DNA of 64,000 nt from Thermoanaerobaculia bacterium (GTDB lineage: Bacteria; Acidobacteriota; Thermoanaerobaculia; UBA5066), in NCBI GenBank assembly GCA_963719225.1, contig CAVRAY010000002.1:608001-672000 (forward strand). Direction: 5' to 3'. Below, in pieces: positions 19,302 to 29,856 of the stretch. A program made the translations under genes and the position numbers. Below the pieces are notes generated by a model. The model made no database searches, had not been told where the DNA came from, and saw only the letters and a program-made list of their open reading frames with translations. Position 1 is the stretch's first letter, and the number at the start of each line of letters is the position of its first letter.

Positions 19302-19410
19302 AGAGGAAGAGAAGAGGAAGATTTTCTTGGAAGGGTGAAAAGGGGCGGAGCGCGCCCGTGGCCGCAGCGGCACCCGACGCCGCGGCCCCAATTCACTTTC
19401 CAAGAAGATC
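19302..19410. repeat. Inward-facing motif pair 2 (intergenic)
   Basis: Purine tract then GAAGATTTTCTTGGAAGGGTGAA 19317-19339; TTCACTTTCCAAGAAGATC 19392-19410. Confidence 0.75.
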
Positions 19411-19463
19411 CGAGTCCGAATCCGAATTCGAATCCAAATTCGAGTCCGGATCCGAATCCGAAG
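19410..19463. repeat. Degenerate hexamer tandem repeat (CCGAAT)x9
   Basis: ccgagt ccgaat ccgaat tcgaat ccaaat tcgagt ccggat ccgaat ccgaag. Confidence 0.85.
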
Positions 19464-19469
19464 TCCCGG

Positions 19470-20111
19470 TCAGTGGCCTCCGGCCTTGTCCCCCCAGAGC
19501 TGCTTGAGGCGCTCGTCGCGGCCGCAGCCTGACCTGTAGAAGTGGTACCGGATCGGGTTCTTCTTGTAGTAGCTCTGGTGGTACTCCTCGGCCTTCCAGA
19601 ACGGTCCGGCCTTCACGATCTCCGTGACGATGGGAGCCTTCAGGACGTGCGAGGCCTCGAGCGCCTTCTTCGAGGCCTCGGCGGCCTCCCGTTGCGCCTC
19701 GTCGTGGAAGAAGATCGCCGTCTTGTACTGCGAGCCGAAGTCGCAGAACTGGCCTGCCGCATTCGTCGGGTCGACGTTGTGCCAGAAGACGTCGAGGAGC
19801 TTCTCGTAGGAGACCTTCTTCGGGTCGAAGACGACCTCGATCGCCTCGCGGTGCCCCGTCCCGCCCGCGCCCACCTCGTGGTACGTCGGGCCCGCCTTGG
19901 AGCCGCCCGTATATCCGACGGTCGTCGAAACGACGCCGGGAACCGAATCGTATGGGCCCTGCATGCACCAGAAGCAGCCGCCGGCGAACGTGGCCTTCGC
20001 CATGCCCGCGGGAACGGGCGGGGTGGCCTTCGTCGGCTCCTCGGCGTGCGCGAGGGCGGCGAGGAGCAGCAGGGCGAGAAGCGGCAGGAGGAAGCGGGTG
20101 TTGCGGCGCAT
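19470..20111 (-). CDS. msrA: Peptide-methionine (S)-S-oxide reductase, exported
   Basis: ATFAGGCFWC, GYTGG, TGHRE, GQFCD.G.QY, FWKAEEYHQ. Confidence 0.95.
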   Translation of the reverse strand: MRRNTRFLLPLLALLLLAALAHAEEPTKATPPVPAGMAKATFAGGCFWCMQGPYDSVPGVVSTTVGYTGGSKAGPTYHEVGAGGTGHREAIEVVFDPKKVSYEKLLDVFWHNVDPTNAAGQFCDFGSQYKTAIFFHDEAQREAAEASKKALEASHVLKAPIVTEIVKAGPFWKAEEYHQSYYKKNPIRYHFYRSGCGRDERLKQLWGDKAGGH

Positions 20112-20187
20112 GGCGTTCACGGCTCTCCGTGGGGAGTACGAGGGCGCCCCCCTTCGTGGATGCCGGTAAGGCGCCGCTTCATTCCCT

Positions 20188-20700
20188 TCAGACAACGTAC
20201 GGGCGCCCGAAGAGTTTCGTCAGCGAGTCCGCGACGGACCGGAAGGCGAGCTCGAGCCCGCCGACCTCCTCCGGCGTGAACCAGCCGACCTCGAGCGTCT
20301 CGTCTCCGGCGTGCGGCTCGCGGCTGCCGGACGCGAGAGAGCCCCGGTACACGGCCACGACGACCGGCCGGCCCGGGTAGGAGAACAGGCCGAGGAGGTC
20401 GCCGAGGTCCGCGACGGCCCCGCACTCCTCGAGCGTCTCGCGCAGGGCCGCCTCCTCGACCGTTTCGCCGCGGTCCACGTGGCCGCCGGGAAACGTCCAC
20501 TTGCCGTAGCCGGGCTCGATCGCCCGCTTGACGAGGAGAACGCGCTCGTCGCGGACGATCAGGATGCCCGCCGCCACCTTCGGGTCGATCCAGTGCACGG
20601 CGCCGCAGGCCGGACACACCGGGACGCTCCGCCCGGGCCCCATTTCCCTGGATTCGAGCTTGCGCGCGCACTGCGTACAGTAGACGGGCGGCTCGTACAC
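20188..20700 (-). CDS. Zn-ribbon NUDIX hydrolase
   Basis: CxxC...CxxC; Nudix box GGHVDRGETVEEAALRETLEECG. Confidence 0.92.
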   Translation of the reverse strand: MYEPPVYCTQCARKLESREMGPGRSVPVCPACGAVHWIDPKVAAGILIVRDERVLLVKRAIEPGYGKWTFPGGHVDRGETVEEAALRETLEECGAVADLGDLLGLFSYPGRPVVVAVYRGSLASGSREPHAGDETLEVGWFTPEEVGGLELAFRSVADSLTKLFGRPYVV

Positions 20701-20872
20701 GGGGTCAGGCTACCGCGTTTCGGCGGCGCGAGGGTCACCGGCCCGCACGTGACAGCGCTCACGCCTCGGCCCTACGTTTGAGGCGGCATTCCCGGCGTCC
20801 TTGACGGAACCGGGGCACGTAACGAGAATCCACCGTCCTTGCGGGCTCCCGCCCGCTTCCCGGGAGGCGCCC

Positions 20873-21556
20873 TTGACCAATAACCGCAAGTGGACCGACG
20901 AAGACGCCCGGTGGCTGAAGGCCAATTTCGGGCGGATGGACTCGCAGACCCTGTCGCGAAAGCTCGGGCTTTCGCTCGAGGACCTCGAGAGGAAGATCCG
21001 TCAGCTCAAGCTCGCCGCGGCCGAGCCGGACAAGGCGCGCAAGGCGCCCGCCTCCCTCAAGGAGGCCGTCCGCGAGTCCTCGGCGGCGCGCAAGGAGTAC
21101 GAGAAGGCCATCGAGCTCTTCCACAAGCGACACTTCGACGACGCGGCGCGCCGTTTCGAAGACCTCATCGAGAAGCATCCGGACGAGAAGGAGTTCCTCG
21201 ACCGCGCGCGCATGTACCTCACGGCGTGCCGCAACGGGAAGAAGGCGAAGACTTCCTCGATGGACGGCCCCGAGGAGATCTACCATGCTGCCGTGTTCGA
21301 GAAGAACCGCGGCAACGTCGAGAAGGCGCTCGAGCTGCTCCGGAAGGGCGCCGGAAAGAAGGACGGCGACGGGCGCGTCCACTACCTCGCGGCCTGCTGC
21401 TTCGCGCTCGCGGGGGACGCCGAGCAGGCGCTCCAGTCGCTCCGAAAGGCGATCGCGGCCGACGACCACAATCGCATCCAGGCGCGTCTCGAGGCGGACC
21501 TGTCGGTCCTCCGCGGCACGCAGGGGTTCACGGAGCTCGTCGCGGGAGGCGCGTGA
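20873..21556 (+). CDS. Myb/GcrA-like HTH + TPR protein
   Basis: GGAGG then TTG; KWTDEDARWLK...LSRKLGLS; TPR-like helices (YLAACCFALAGD.E.AL..LRKAI). Confidence 0.75.
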   Translation: MTNNRKWTDEDARWLKANFGRMDSQTLSRKLGLSLEDLERKIRQLKLAAAEPDKARKAPASLKEAVRESSAARKEYEKAIELFHKRHFDDAARRFEDLIEKHPDEKEFLDRARMYLTACRNGKKAKTSSMDGPEEIYHAAVFEKNRGNVEKALELLRKGAGKKDGDGRVHYLAACCFALAGDAEQALQSLRKAIAADDHNRIQARLEADLSVLRGTQGFTELVAGGA

Positions 21557-22984
21557 CCGTCGTCGTCCTCCTCGCTGCGGGCCGCGGCGTGAGGATGAAG
21601 TCGGCGCGGCCCAAGCTGCTCCACGAGGCCGCGGGCCGGCCTCTCCTCGACCGCGCCCTCGACACGGCGCTCGCGGTCGCAGGCGATCCGTCCTCGGTCG
21701 TCGTCGTCGTTTCGAAGAAGAATTCGGAAGAGAGAGATCCTTCGAAAGGAAGAGAGACGGTCGGCGCGTATCTCGGAGCGCACTACCCGGTGGTCAAGGT
21801 TGCGGTCCAGGATCCTCCTCGGGGGACCGGCGACGCGGTCCGCGCCGCGTTCGCGTCGGGCGCCGTGGGGAACGCGAAGACGGTCGTCGTCCTTTCGGGG
21901 GACGTGCCGCTCCTCGACGCGGCCGCGGTGAAGGGCCTCATGGACGCTCTGAAGAAGGACGAGAAGGCCGCGGTGGCGGTCCTGACCGCGACGCTCGCGG
22001 ACCCCACCGGTTATGGGCGCATCGTGCGGGACGGGGAAGAAGAGAGTTTCTTCGGATAAGAGAAGAGAAAGATTCTTCGAGTAAAGAGAAGGGGATCCGG
22101 GAGATCAACACCGGGAACATATGCGTTCGACCGCGGCGTTCCTGGAGGAATCCCTCCCTCTTCTTACTTCTAAGAATCTTCAGAACGAGTTTTATCTCAC
22201 CGACGTGCTGTCCCTCGCGCGTAAGGCCGGCCGGCGCGTGGTCCTCGTCCCCGGCGATCCCTCTTCCGCCCTCGGCGTGAACTCCCGCGAGGACCTCGCC
22301 GCGGTGGACCGCCTCCTGCGCGAGCGCGCCGTCGTCGCCGCGATGCGCGGCGGGACGACGATTCTCCGCCCCGAGACCGTCACGCTCGACGAAACCGTCG
22401 CCCTCGACCCCGACACGACGGTCGAGCCGTTCGCGACGCTCCTCGGCGAGACGCGCGTCGGCGCCGGAACCGTGATCGGGCAGGGCTGCGTCGTCCGGGA
22501 CACCGTGTTCGGTCGGAACGTCGTCGTGAAGCCGTACTGCGTGATCGAGTCGGCCGTCGTCGGCGACGGATCGGTCGTCGGACCGTTCGCGCGGCTGCGC
22601 GAGGGGACGGACCTCGCCGCGGGCGTCCACGTGGGGAACTTCGTCGAGACGAAGAAGGCGAAGCTTCACGAGGGCGTCAAGGCGAACCACCTGACCTACC
22701 TCGGCGACACGGAGATCGGCGCCCGCACGAACGTCGGTGCGGGCGTCATCACGTGCAACTACGACGGCTTCACGAAGCACAGGACGACGATCGGGCGGGA
22801 CGTCTTCGTGGGCTCGGACACGCAGCTCGTCGCGCCCGTGACGGTCGGCGACGGCGCGATCATCGGAGCGGGCACGACCGTCACGAAGGACGTCCCGAGG
22901 GACGCGCTCACGGTCGCACGCGCGCCGCAGGAGAACCGCGAGGGTCTGGGCGCCGCGTACCGCGTGCGCAAGAAGAAGAGCTGA
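21553..22984 (+). CDS. glmU: Bifunctional GlmU; about 3 clustered indels at 22035-22135
   Basis: LLAAG.G.RMKS..PK.LH, GTGDAV, GDVPL, PTGYGRIVR; then EINTG; then EFYLTDV, GPFARLR, GNFVETK, HLTYLGD, ITCNYDG across three frames. Confidence 0.92.
22067..22181. repeat. Inward-facing motif pair 3 (inside glmU)
   Basis: GAAAGATTCTTCGAGTAA 22067-22084; TTACTTCTAAGAATCTTC 22164-22181; further variants at 21711-21754. Confidence 0.65.
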
Positions 22985-22988
22985 GCCC

Positions 22989-24833
22989 GTGTGCGGGATC
23001 GTGGGTTACGTCGGAGAGCGTGAGGCGACGCCCCTCCTCCTCGACGGCCTGAGGCGACTCGAGTATCGCGGCTACGACTCGGCCGGCATCGCGGTCGTCG
23101 GGGACGACGGCGAGGTGCGCGTCGCGCGCAGCGAAGGCAAGCTCGGGAACCTCACCGAGAAGATCGCGGGCGCGCCCCCGCCCGGGCACTTCGGCGTCGG
23201 GCACACGCGCTGGGCGACGCACGGGAGGCCTTCCGAGGAAAACGCCCATCCGCACCGCGACGCGAGCGGCCGGATCGTCGTGATCCACAACGGGATCATC
23301 GAGAACTTCCTGCCGCTCAAGCAGCGCCTGCAGCGCGAGGGAGTGACGTTCCTTTCGGAGACGGACACGGAGGTCGTCGCGCACGCCCTCGCCGCGGCGT
23401 GGCGCGCCGCACCGGGCAAACCATTCGCGGAGATCGTGCGCGAGACGGCCGCGAGCCTGAAGGGCATGTACGCCCTCGTCCTCTTCTCGGCGGACGAACC
23501 CGGCGTTCTCTACGCGCTCAAGTGGGGTCCGCCGATCGTCCTCGGCCTCGGAGACGGCGAGAACTTCGTCGCGTCCGACGCGACGGCGCTCCTTCCGCAC
23601 ACGCGCGACCTGATCTTCCTCGAGGACGGGGATCTCGCCCGTGTCACGGCGGCGGGTGTCACCGTGACCGGCTTCGACGGCGCGCCCCGGGCGCGGCCGG
23701 CCCTCGCCGTCCCGTGGGACGCCGTCTCGGCCGAAAAAGGCGGCTACCCGCACTTCATGGCCAAGGAGATTGCCGAGCAGCCGACGGTCGTGATCGAGAC
23801 GATCGGGGCGAAGCTCTCCCTCGAGACGGGCTTCTTCAACGAGGAGGAGATGGGTGTCCCGCGAGCGCTTCTTCGCGAGATCGACCGCATCCAGATCGTC
23901 GCCTGCGGGACGAGCTGGCACGCGGGACTCGTCGCGAAATTCCTCCTCGAGGAGATCGCGCGCCTCCCGACGGACGTCGATTACGCGTCCGAGTTCCGGT
24001 ACCGCGCCCCTCTCGTGGACGCGCGCACGCTCGTCCTCGGGATCTCGCAGTCGGGCGAGACGGCCGACACGGTCGCGGCCCTCAAGGAGGCGAAGGCGCT
24101 CGGCGGCCGGACCGTCGGCGTCGTGAACGTGCCGGGCTCGGCGATCGCGCGCCTCGTGGACGGCGTCCTCGCGACGCACGCGGGGCCCGAGGTCGGCGTC
24201 GCCTCGACGAAGGCGTTCACGACGCAGCTCGTCGCGCTCGTCCTCTTCGCGCTCTACGCGAGGGCCGTGCGCACGGGAGGGGAGACGCCCGTCGACGTGG
24301 ATTTCCTCGCGGCGCTCGCGCGCCTCCCCGCGGCGCTCCGCGAGACGCTCGGCCTCGAACCCGCGATCGAGAAGCTGTCGGCCCGCTTCGAGAGGGTCTC
24401 CCACGCGCTCTTCCTCGGTCGCGGCGCGCACTACCCGATCGCGCTCGAGGGCGCCCTGAAGCTCAAGGAGATCTCGTACGTCCACGCGGAGGGCTACCCG
24501 GCGGGGGAGATGAAGCACGGGCCGATCGCGCTCATCGACGAGGCGATGCCGATCGTCGGGATCGCGCCGCAGGACGGCCTCTACGAGAAGGTCGCGTCGA
24601 ACCTCCGGGAGGTCAAGGCGCGCGAGGGGATCCTGTTCGCGCTCGTGAACCCCGGCGACGCGGACGTCGCGATGTTCGCGGACGAGACGCTCGTGATGCC
24701 GAAGGTCCACCCGGCGCTCCAGCCCGTCGTCTCCGTGCTCCCGCTCCAGCTCCTCGCGTACCACGTCGCGCGCCGCCGCGGCTGCGACGTCGACCAGCCG
24801 CGCAACCTCGCGAAGTCCGTCACCGTCGAGTGA
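22989..24833 (+). CDS. glmS: Glutamine-fructose-6-phosphate transaminase
   Basis: MCGIVGY, LEYRGYDSAG, GHTRWATHG, SQSGETADT, DQPRNLAKSVTVE. Confidence 0.98.
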   Translation: MCGIVGYVGEREATPLLLDGLRRLEYRGYDSAGIAVVGDDGEVRVARSEGKLGNLTEKIAGAPPPGHFGVGHTRWATHGRPSEENAHPHRDASGRIVVIHNGIIENFLPLKQRLQREGVTFLSETDTEVVAHALAAAWRAAPGKPFAEIVRETAASLKGMYALVLFSADEPGVLYALKWGPPIVLGLGDGENFVASDATALLPHTRDLIFLEDGDLARVTAAGVTVTGFDGAPRARPALAVPWDAVSAEKGGYPHFMAKEIAEQPTVVIETIGAKLSLETGFFNEEEMGVPRALLREIDRIQIVACGTSWHAGLVAKFLLEEIARLPTDVDYASEFRYRAPLVDARTLVLGISQSGETADTVAALKEAKALGGRTVGVVNVPGSAIARLVDGVLATHAGPEVGVASTKAFTTQLVALVLFALYARAVRTGGETPVDVDFLAALARLPAALRETLGLEPAIEKLSARFERVSHALFLGRGAHYPIALEGALKLKEISYVHAEGYPAGEMKHGPIALIDEAMPIVGIAPQDGLYEKVASNLREVKAREGILFALVNPGDADVAMFADETLVMPKVHPALQPVVSVLPLQLLAYHVARRRGCDVDQPRNLAKSVTVE

Positions 24834-24839
24834 AAGCGT

Positions 24840-24928
24840 GGGGAGGGCCGAAGCCCTCTCGACGCACGCGCGTGCTGTCTGAGCGAAGCGAGTTCACGCG
24901 CGAAGGAGACGGGGGCTTCGGCCTCCCC
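24840..24928. repeat. Palindromic REP/MITE-like element
   Basis: GGGGAGGGCCGAAGCCC ... GGGCTTCGGCCTCCCC outer arms; CGCGCGTG/CACGCGCG inner arms around CTGTCTGAGCGAAGCGAGTT. Confidence 0.65.
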
Positions 24929-24940
24929 GAGACGACCGCC

Positions 24941-24968
24941 TTGACATATTAGAAAACGCTACTATATT
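24941..24968 (+). promoter_or_regulatory. Sigma70-type promoter of the ArsR-SRPBCC operon (leaderless)
   Basis: TTGACA-N16-TATATT, 6 nt before the ATG. Confidence 0.7.
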
Positions 24969-24974
24969 GACGGC

Positions 24975-25349
24975 ATGGCGAGGGCCGCGAGCGACGAGAG
25001 CGTCTACCAGGCGATCGCGTGTCCCACGCGCCGCGCGCTCCTCTCCGCGCTCGCGCTCGGGGAGAGCAGCGTCTCGGACCTCGTCGCCTCCCTCGACGTC
25101 ACGCAGTCCGCGGTGAGCCAGCAGCTCGCGGTCCTGAGGAGCGCCGGGCTCGTCGGCGAGCGCGCCGACGGGCGGTTCCGCCACTACAGCCTCCGGCCGG
25201 GCCCGCTCGATGAGGTCGCGGCGTGGATCGACCGCACGCGTGCGTTCCACGAGAAGCAGCTGGACGCCCTCGGCCGCGTGCTCGACGCCCTGCCCGACGA
25301 GCCGAGGGACCGCGCATCGCGCCCCACGAAGAGGAGACGAACGCCATGA
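24975..25349 (+). CDS. ArsR/SmtB family transcriptional regulator
   Basis: AIA.PTRR.LL..L...E.SV.DL......TQSAVSQQL.VLR.AGLV. Confidence 0.92.
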   Translation: MARAASDESVYQAIACPTRRALLSALALGESSVSDLVASLDVTQSAVSQQLAVLRSAGLVGERADGRFRHYSLRPGPLDEVAAWIDRTRAFHEKQLDALGRVLDALPDEPRDRASRPTKRRRTP

Positions 25350-25873
25350 CGACCGACACCAGAAGCGCCCACCAGACGACAATCCTCACCGACCGTGGAG
25401 CCTCGATGAGCGACCTTCGCATCGTCCGCGACTATCCGCACCCGCCGGCGAAGGTCTGGCGCGTCCTGACCGAGCCCGCCCTGATGGCGCTCCTCGGGAT
25501 GCGGCCCGAGGGCTACGCGCCCGTCGTCGGCACGAAGTTCAGGCTCGTCGGCAAGCCGAACCCCGCGTGGCGCGGGTTCGTCGCGTGCGAGGTTCTCGAG
25601 GTGCGCGAGCCGTCCCTCCTCCGTTACGCGTGGGACGACGACGGGAAGGGACGGCCCACCGAGGTCGCGTACCGGATCGAGGCGCACGCCGGCGGGACTC
25701 GGCTCACCGTCGAGCACTCGGGATTCTCGGGCGTCAGCGGGCTCCTGTTCTCGAGGCTGGTCATGAAGCCGGGGTGGCGGAGGAAGCTCGACACGTTCCT
25801 CCCCGCCGTCCTCGCGGACCTCGACGAAGCGGGGCGCCTGAGGCCGGGAAGCACGCTGAAGCCGAGGTTCTGA
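25346..25873 (+). CDS. SRPBCC (AHA1-like) domain protein; alternative start 25406
   Basis: HPPAKVWR.LT.P, CEVLEV..P.LLRYAW, GTRL.VEHSGF; classic partner of ArsR. Confidence 0.88.
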   Translation: MTTDTRSAHQTTILTDRGASMSDLRIVRDYPHPPAKVWRVLTEPALMALLGMRPEGYAPVVGTKFRLVGKPNPAWRGFVACEVLEVREPSLLRYAWDDDGKGRPTEVAYRIEAHAGGTRLTVEHSGFSGVSGLLFSRLVMKPGWRRKLDTFLPAVLADLDEAGRLRPGSTLKPRF

Positions 25874-25894
25874 GGAAACGCCGGAACGCGCGCG

Positions 25895-27373
25895 TCAGGC
25901 CCAGCCTTTCGCGCGACCGACGGCCTTTTCCCATCCCGCGCGGAGTGCCGCCGCCTCGTCGCGCGACATCGTCGGCTCGAAGCGGCGGCCGATCCTCCAG
26001 TTCGCGCGGAGCTCGGACGCGTCCTTCCAGAAGCCGACGGCGAGGCCGGCGAGATACGCGGCGCCGAGGGCGGTCGTCTCGAGGACCTCGGGCCGCACGA
26101 CGGGAACTCCGAGGACATCCGCCTGGAACTTCATGAGGAGCTCGTTCGCCGAGGCGCCGCCGTCCACGCGCAGCTCGGTCAGCTTCGCGCCGGCGTCCCT
26201 CTCCATCGCGGAAAGGACGTCCGCGCTCTGGTACGCGATCGACTCGAGAACCGCCCGCGCGAGGTGCCCGGCCGTGGAGCCGCGGGTCAGCCCGAGAACC
26301 GCGCCGCGCGCGTAGGGGTCCCAGTGGGGCGCGCCGAGCCCCGCGAACGCCGGAACCATGTAGACGCCGCCGTTGTCCCTCTCGCTCGCGGCGAGGGCCT
26401 CGACGTCCGCCGCCGCGCGGATGATCTTCAGCCCGTCCCTCAGCCACTGCACCGCGGCGCCGGCGACGAAGACGCTGCCTTCGAGGGCGTACGTGCGCGC
26501 GCCACCGATGTCCCAGGCGACGGTCGTGAGGAGCCGGTTCTTCGAGGCGACCGCGGTCGCTCCGGTGTTCTGGAGGAGGAAGCACCCCGTCCCGTACGTG
26601 TTCTTCGCGAGGCCGGAACGGTCGCAGGCCTGGCCGAACAGAGCAGCCTGCTGATCGCCTGCGACGCCTGCGATCGGGACGGCGACGCCGCCGACGGAAG
26701 CAGACGCGACGACCCCGGAGGACGGCACGATCCGCGGCAAAACCTCGCGCGGGACGTCGAGGAGGGCGAGTAGCTCGTCGTCCCACGCGCCCGCGTGGAT
26801 GTCGCAGAGGAGCGTCCGGCTCGCGTTCGTGGAGTCGGTCACGTGCACGGCGCCGTCCGTCAGGCGCCAGAGGAGCCACGAGTCGACCGTGCCGAACGCG
26901 AGCTCGCCGCGCGCGGCGCGGGCCCGCGCGAGAGGGACGTTGTCGAGGAGCCACTTCAGCTTCGTTCCGGAGAAGTACGGATCGAGGACGAGGCCCGTCT
27001 TCGCGGTGAACGTCGCCTCGTGGCTGGCGGCGCGCAGCGCGTCGCATGTCGAGGCGGTCCTTCGGTCCTGCCAGACGATCGCGTTCGCGAGCGGGCGGCC
27101 CGTCGCGCGCTCCCAGAGGAGCGTCGTCTCGCGCTGGTTCGTGATCCCGATCGCCGCGAGGTCGCGGCCGGTGAGGCCGGCCTTTGCGAGCGCCTCGTGC
27201 ATGACGCCGGACTGCGTCGCCCAGATCTCCGTCGGGTCGTGCTCGACCCAGCCGGGCTCCGGGAAGATCTGCCGGAATTCCTGCTGCGCCGTCGCGACGA
27301 CGCGGCCCGCGTGGTCGAAGACGAGCGCGCGCGAGCTCGTCGTGCCCTGGTCGAGCGCGAGGACGAACGACAT
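25895..27373 (-). CDS. glpK: Glycerol kinase
   Basis: [55 protein letters not shown]. Confidence 0.97.
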   Translation of the reverse strand: MSFVLALDQGTTSSRALVFDHAGRVVATAQQEFRQIFPEPGWVEHDPTEIWATQSGVMHEALAKAGLTGRDLAAIGITNQRETTLLWERATGRPLANAIVWQDRRTASTCDALRAASHEATFTAKTGLVLDPYFSGTKLKWLLDNVPLARARAARGELAFGTVDSWLLWRLTDGAVHVTDSTNASRTLLCDIHAGAWDDELLALLDVPREVLPRIVPSSGVVASASVGGVAVPIAGVAGDQQAALFGQACDRSGLAKNTYGTGCFLLQNTGATAVASKNRLLTTVAWDIGGARTYALEGSVFVAGAAVQWLRDGLKIIRAAADVEALAASERDNGGVYMVPAFAGLGAPHWDPYARGAVLGLTRGSTAGHLARAVLESIAYQSADVLSAMERDAGAKLTELRVDGGASANELLMKFQADVLGVPVVRPEVLETTALGAAYLAGLAVGFWKDASELRANWRIGRRFEPTMSRDEAAALRAGWEKAVGRAKGWA

Positions 27374-27431
27374 ATACGGCCGATCATGCCGCAGCGCCGG
27401 AGAACTCGCGCCTGCGCTACCATCGCGCCCC

Positions 27432-29837
27432 TTGGTCGCCCGCCCGGAAGATCTCCTCGAAGGCCTCAATCCCGAACAGGCCGCCGCCGTCTCGCACGGC
27501 GAGGGGCCGCTCCTCGTCCTCGCGGGGGCCGGCTCCGGGAAGACGCGCGTCCTGACGCGGCGCCTCGCGTGGCTCGTCGCGCGGGGCGTCCCGCAGGAGG
27601 CGATCGTCGCCGTCACGTTCACGAACAAGGCGGCGGGCGAGATGAAAGAGCGCGTCGGCGCGCTCCTCGGGACGGACCGCCCGCGCTCTTTCGTCGGGAC
27701 GTTCCACGCGTGGGGCGTGCGCCTCCTCAGGCGCTTCGCGGACGAGGCGGGTCTGCCGCGCGGATTCGTCGTCTTCGACGCGGACGACCAGCTCGCCGTC
27801 GTCAGGCGCGTCCTGAAGGACGTCGCGGTTCCCGAGAAGTCCGCGACCCCGCGCCAGATCCAGTCGAAGATCTCCGCCGCGAAGAACGAGGGGATCTCGC
27901 CCGACGAATTCCCGCGCCGCTTCGGCGACTTCCTCGGCTCGCGCCTCGCGGACGTCGCGCGCGCGTACGAGAAGTCGCTGAAGGCCGCCCACGCGCTCGA
28001 TTTCGACGACCTCCTCGTCCTTTCGGCGAGACTCGTCGCGTCCCACGACAAGGTGCGCGACCTCCTGAGGCGCTCCATCCGCCACCTCCTCGTCGACGAG
28101 TACCAGGACACGAACCGCGTCCAGGCGAAGCTCGTGAGGCTCGTCACGGGCGAGGCGGGAAACCTCTTCGTCGTCGGCGACGAGGACCAGTCCATCTACC
28201 GCTGGCGCGGCGCGGATGTCGCGAACATCCTCGATTTCGCGCGCGACTTCCCGTCCGCGAGGACCGTAAGGCTCGAGCGGAACTACCGCTCGACGGCGCC
28301 GATCCTGAAGGCGGCCGGCGCGGTCGTCGCGGAGAACCGGCGGCGGCTCGGCAAGACGCTCAAGGCGACGAAGCCGGGCGGCGAGAAGGTGCGCCTCGTC
28401 TCCTTCGACGAGGAGCGCGACGAGGCCCGGGAGATCGTCCAGCGCGTGGCCGCGGCGCGGCGCGCGCGGCCGCAGGGCGAGGTCGCGGTGCTCTTCCGGA
28501 CGAACGCGCAGTCCCGCCCGTTCGAGGATGAGCTCCTCCGGGCGAACCTGCCGTACATCCTCGTCGGCGGGACGAAGTTCTACGAGCGCGCCGAGATCAA
28601 GGACCTCCTCGCGTACCTGCGCCTCGCGCGCAACCCCGCGGACGACGTCTCGTTCCGGAGGGTCGTCAACGTTCCGGCGCGCGGCGTGGGCGCCGCGACG
28701 CTGGAGACGATCGAGGCGCACGCGGCCGAGAAGGGATCGTCGCTCTTCGGGGCGCTCGACGAGCTGCCTTCCGGCCTGACGGAGAGGGCGAGGAAGGCGC
28801 TGTCGGAGTTCCGCGGTCTCGTGATGCGCCTCGCGGACTTCGGCTCCGCGGAGGGCGGCGGGGCGGGAGCCGCGATGGCGTTCGCGCTCGAGGAGACCGG
28901 CCTCGCGAAGCTGTACGAGAACACGCTCGACCCGCAGGACGAGGCCCGCCGCGAGAACCTCGACGAGCTCCTCGCCGCCGCGCGCGAGCACGAGCGGGCG
29001 ACGTCGTGGGGCGCCGAGGGCGACGACCCGACGATCGCGGGCTTTCTCGACGCCGTGACGCTGAGGGCCGACGCGGACGAGGCGGACGAGCGGAAGGGCA
29101 TCCTCCTCATCACGCTCCACGCGGCCAAGGGGCTCGAGTTCGACGACGTCTTCCTCGCGGGCGCCGAGGACGGCTCGCTCCCGCACGCCTCCTCACGCGA
29201 CGACGACGACCAGTTCGAGGAGGAGCGGCGCCTCGCCTACGTCGGGATGACGCGCGCCAAGGAGCGCCTCACGATCTCGTGGGTGCGGCGCCGGATGGTG
29301 CGCGGCGAGTGGATGAGCCGCGACCGGTCTCCGTTCGTCGACGCGATCCCGGGGGAGGTCGTCGCGTACGAAGATCTGACGTCTGGCTTCGGAGGAAGAC
29401 CGGGGAGGGGGACCGGGGATTCGGATTTCCTAGAAGGTAGGTGGGGAAGGGGCTACAGCGGACGGCAGTCCTTCGGTGGTCAAGCGTTCGGCGGCCGCGG
29501 TGGCGCGCCCGCGGGGGGGGCCCTGTTTCCCGACTACGAAAACGAATCCCAGGAAGCCCCAGCCTCCGACTCTTCCTCTTTACCTTCCAAGAAATCCCTC
29601 TTCGGACGTACCCCGATGCGAAACATCACTCCCATCAGGGGGGTGATGAAGCGCACGCCGCCTCCGCCGACCGCCTCCGGCTATCGGCGCGGGTCGAAGG
29701 TGATGCACCCCGAATACGGGCTCGGCGTCGTCCTGACGGTGGAAGGCTCCGGCGACGCGGAGAAGGTCGTCGTCTACTTCGACCGGGCCGGCCGCAAGAA
29801 GTTCGTCGCGAAATTCGCGAACCTCTCGCCGGCCTGA
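27432..29837 (+). CDS. pcrA: ATP-dependent DNA helicase PcrA/UvrD
   Basis: [66 protein letters not shown]; C-terminal Tudor-like domain. Confidence 0.95.
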   Translation: MVARPEDLLEGLNPEQAAAVSHGEGPLLVLAGAGSGKTRVLTRRLAWLVARGVPQEAIVAVTFTNKAAGEMKERVGALLGTDRPRSFVGTFHAWGVRLLRRFADEAGLPRGFVVFDADDQLAVVRRVLKDVAVPEKSATPRQIQSKISAAKNEGISPDEFPRRFGDFLGSRLADVARAYEKSLKAAHALDFDDLLVLSARLVASHDKVRDLLRRSIRHLLVDEYQDTNRVQAKLVRLVTGEAGNLFVVGDEDQSIYRWRGADVANILDFARDFPSARTVRLERNYRSTAPILKAAGAVVAENRRRLGKTLKATKPGGEKVRLVSFDEERDEAREIVQRVAAARRARPQGEVAVLFRTNAQSRPFEDELLRANLPYILVGGTKFYERAEIKDLLAYLRLARNPADDVSFRRVVNVPARGVGAATLETIEAHAAEKGSSLFGALDELPSGLTERARKALSEFRGLVMRLADFGSAEGGGAGAAMAFALEETGLAKLYENTLDPQDEARRENLDELLAAAREHERATSWGAEGDDPTIAGFLDAVTLRADADEADERKGILLITLHAAKGLEFDDVFLAGAEDGSLPHASSRDDDDQFEEERRLAYVGMTRAKERLTISWVRRRMVRGEWMSRDRSPFVDAIPGEVVAYEDLTSGFGGRPGRGTGDSDFLEGRWGRGYSGRQSFGGQAFGGRGGAPAGGALFPDYENESQEAPASDSSSLPSKKSLFGRTPMRNITPIRGVMKRTPPPPTASGYRRGSKVMHPEYGLGVVLTVEGSGDAEKVVVYFDRAGRKKFVAKFANLSPA
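29423..29597. repeat. Inward-facing motif pair 4 (pcrA C-terminal linker)
   Basis: GGATTTCCTAGAAGGTA 29423-29439 and TACCTTCCAAGAAATCC 29581-29597 (15/17 inverted match). Confidence 0.75.
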
Positions 29838-29856
29838 GCCGGCGCGGTCCGGCCGC

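Noticed and set aside
19410-19463. Possible CRISPR array
   Set aside because: 6-bp tandem units with no spacers; no cas genes in the window.
22984-22989. glmS ribozyme
   Set aside because: glmS starts 4 bp after glmU, leaving no room for a leader.
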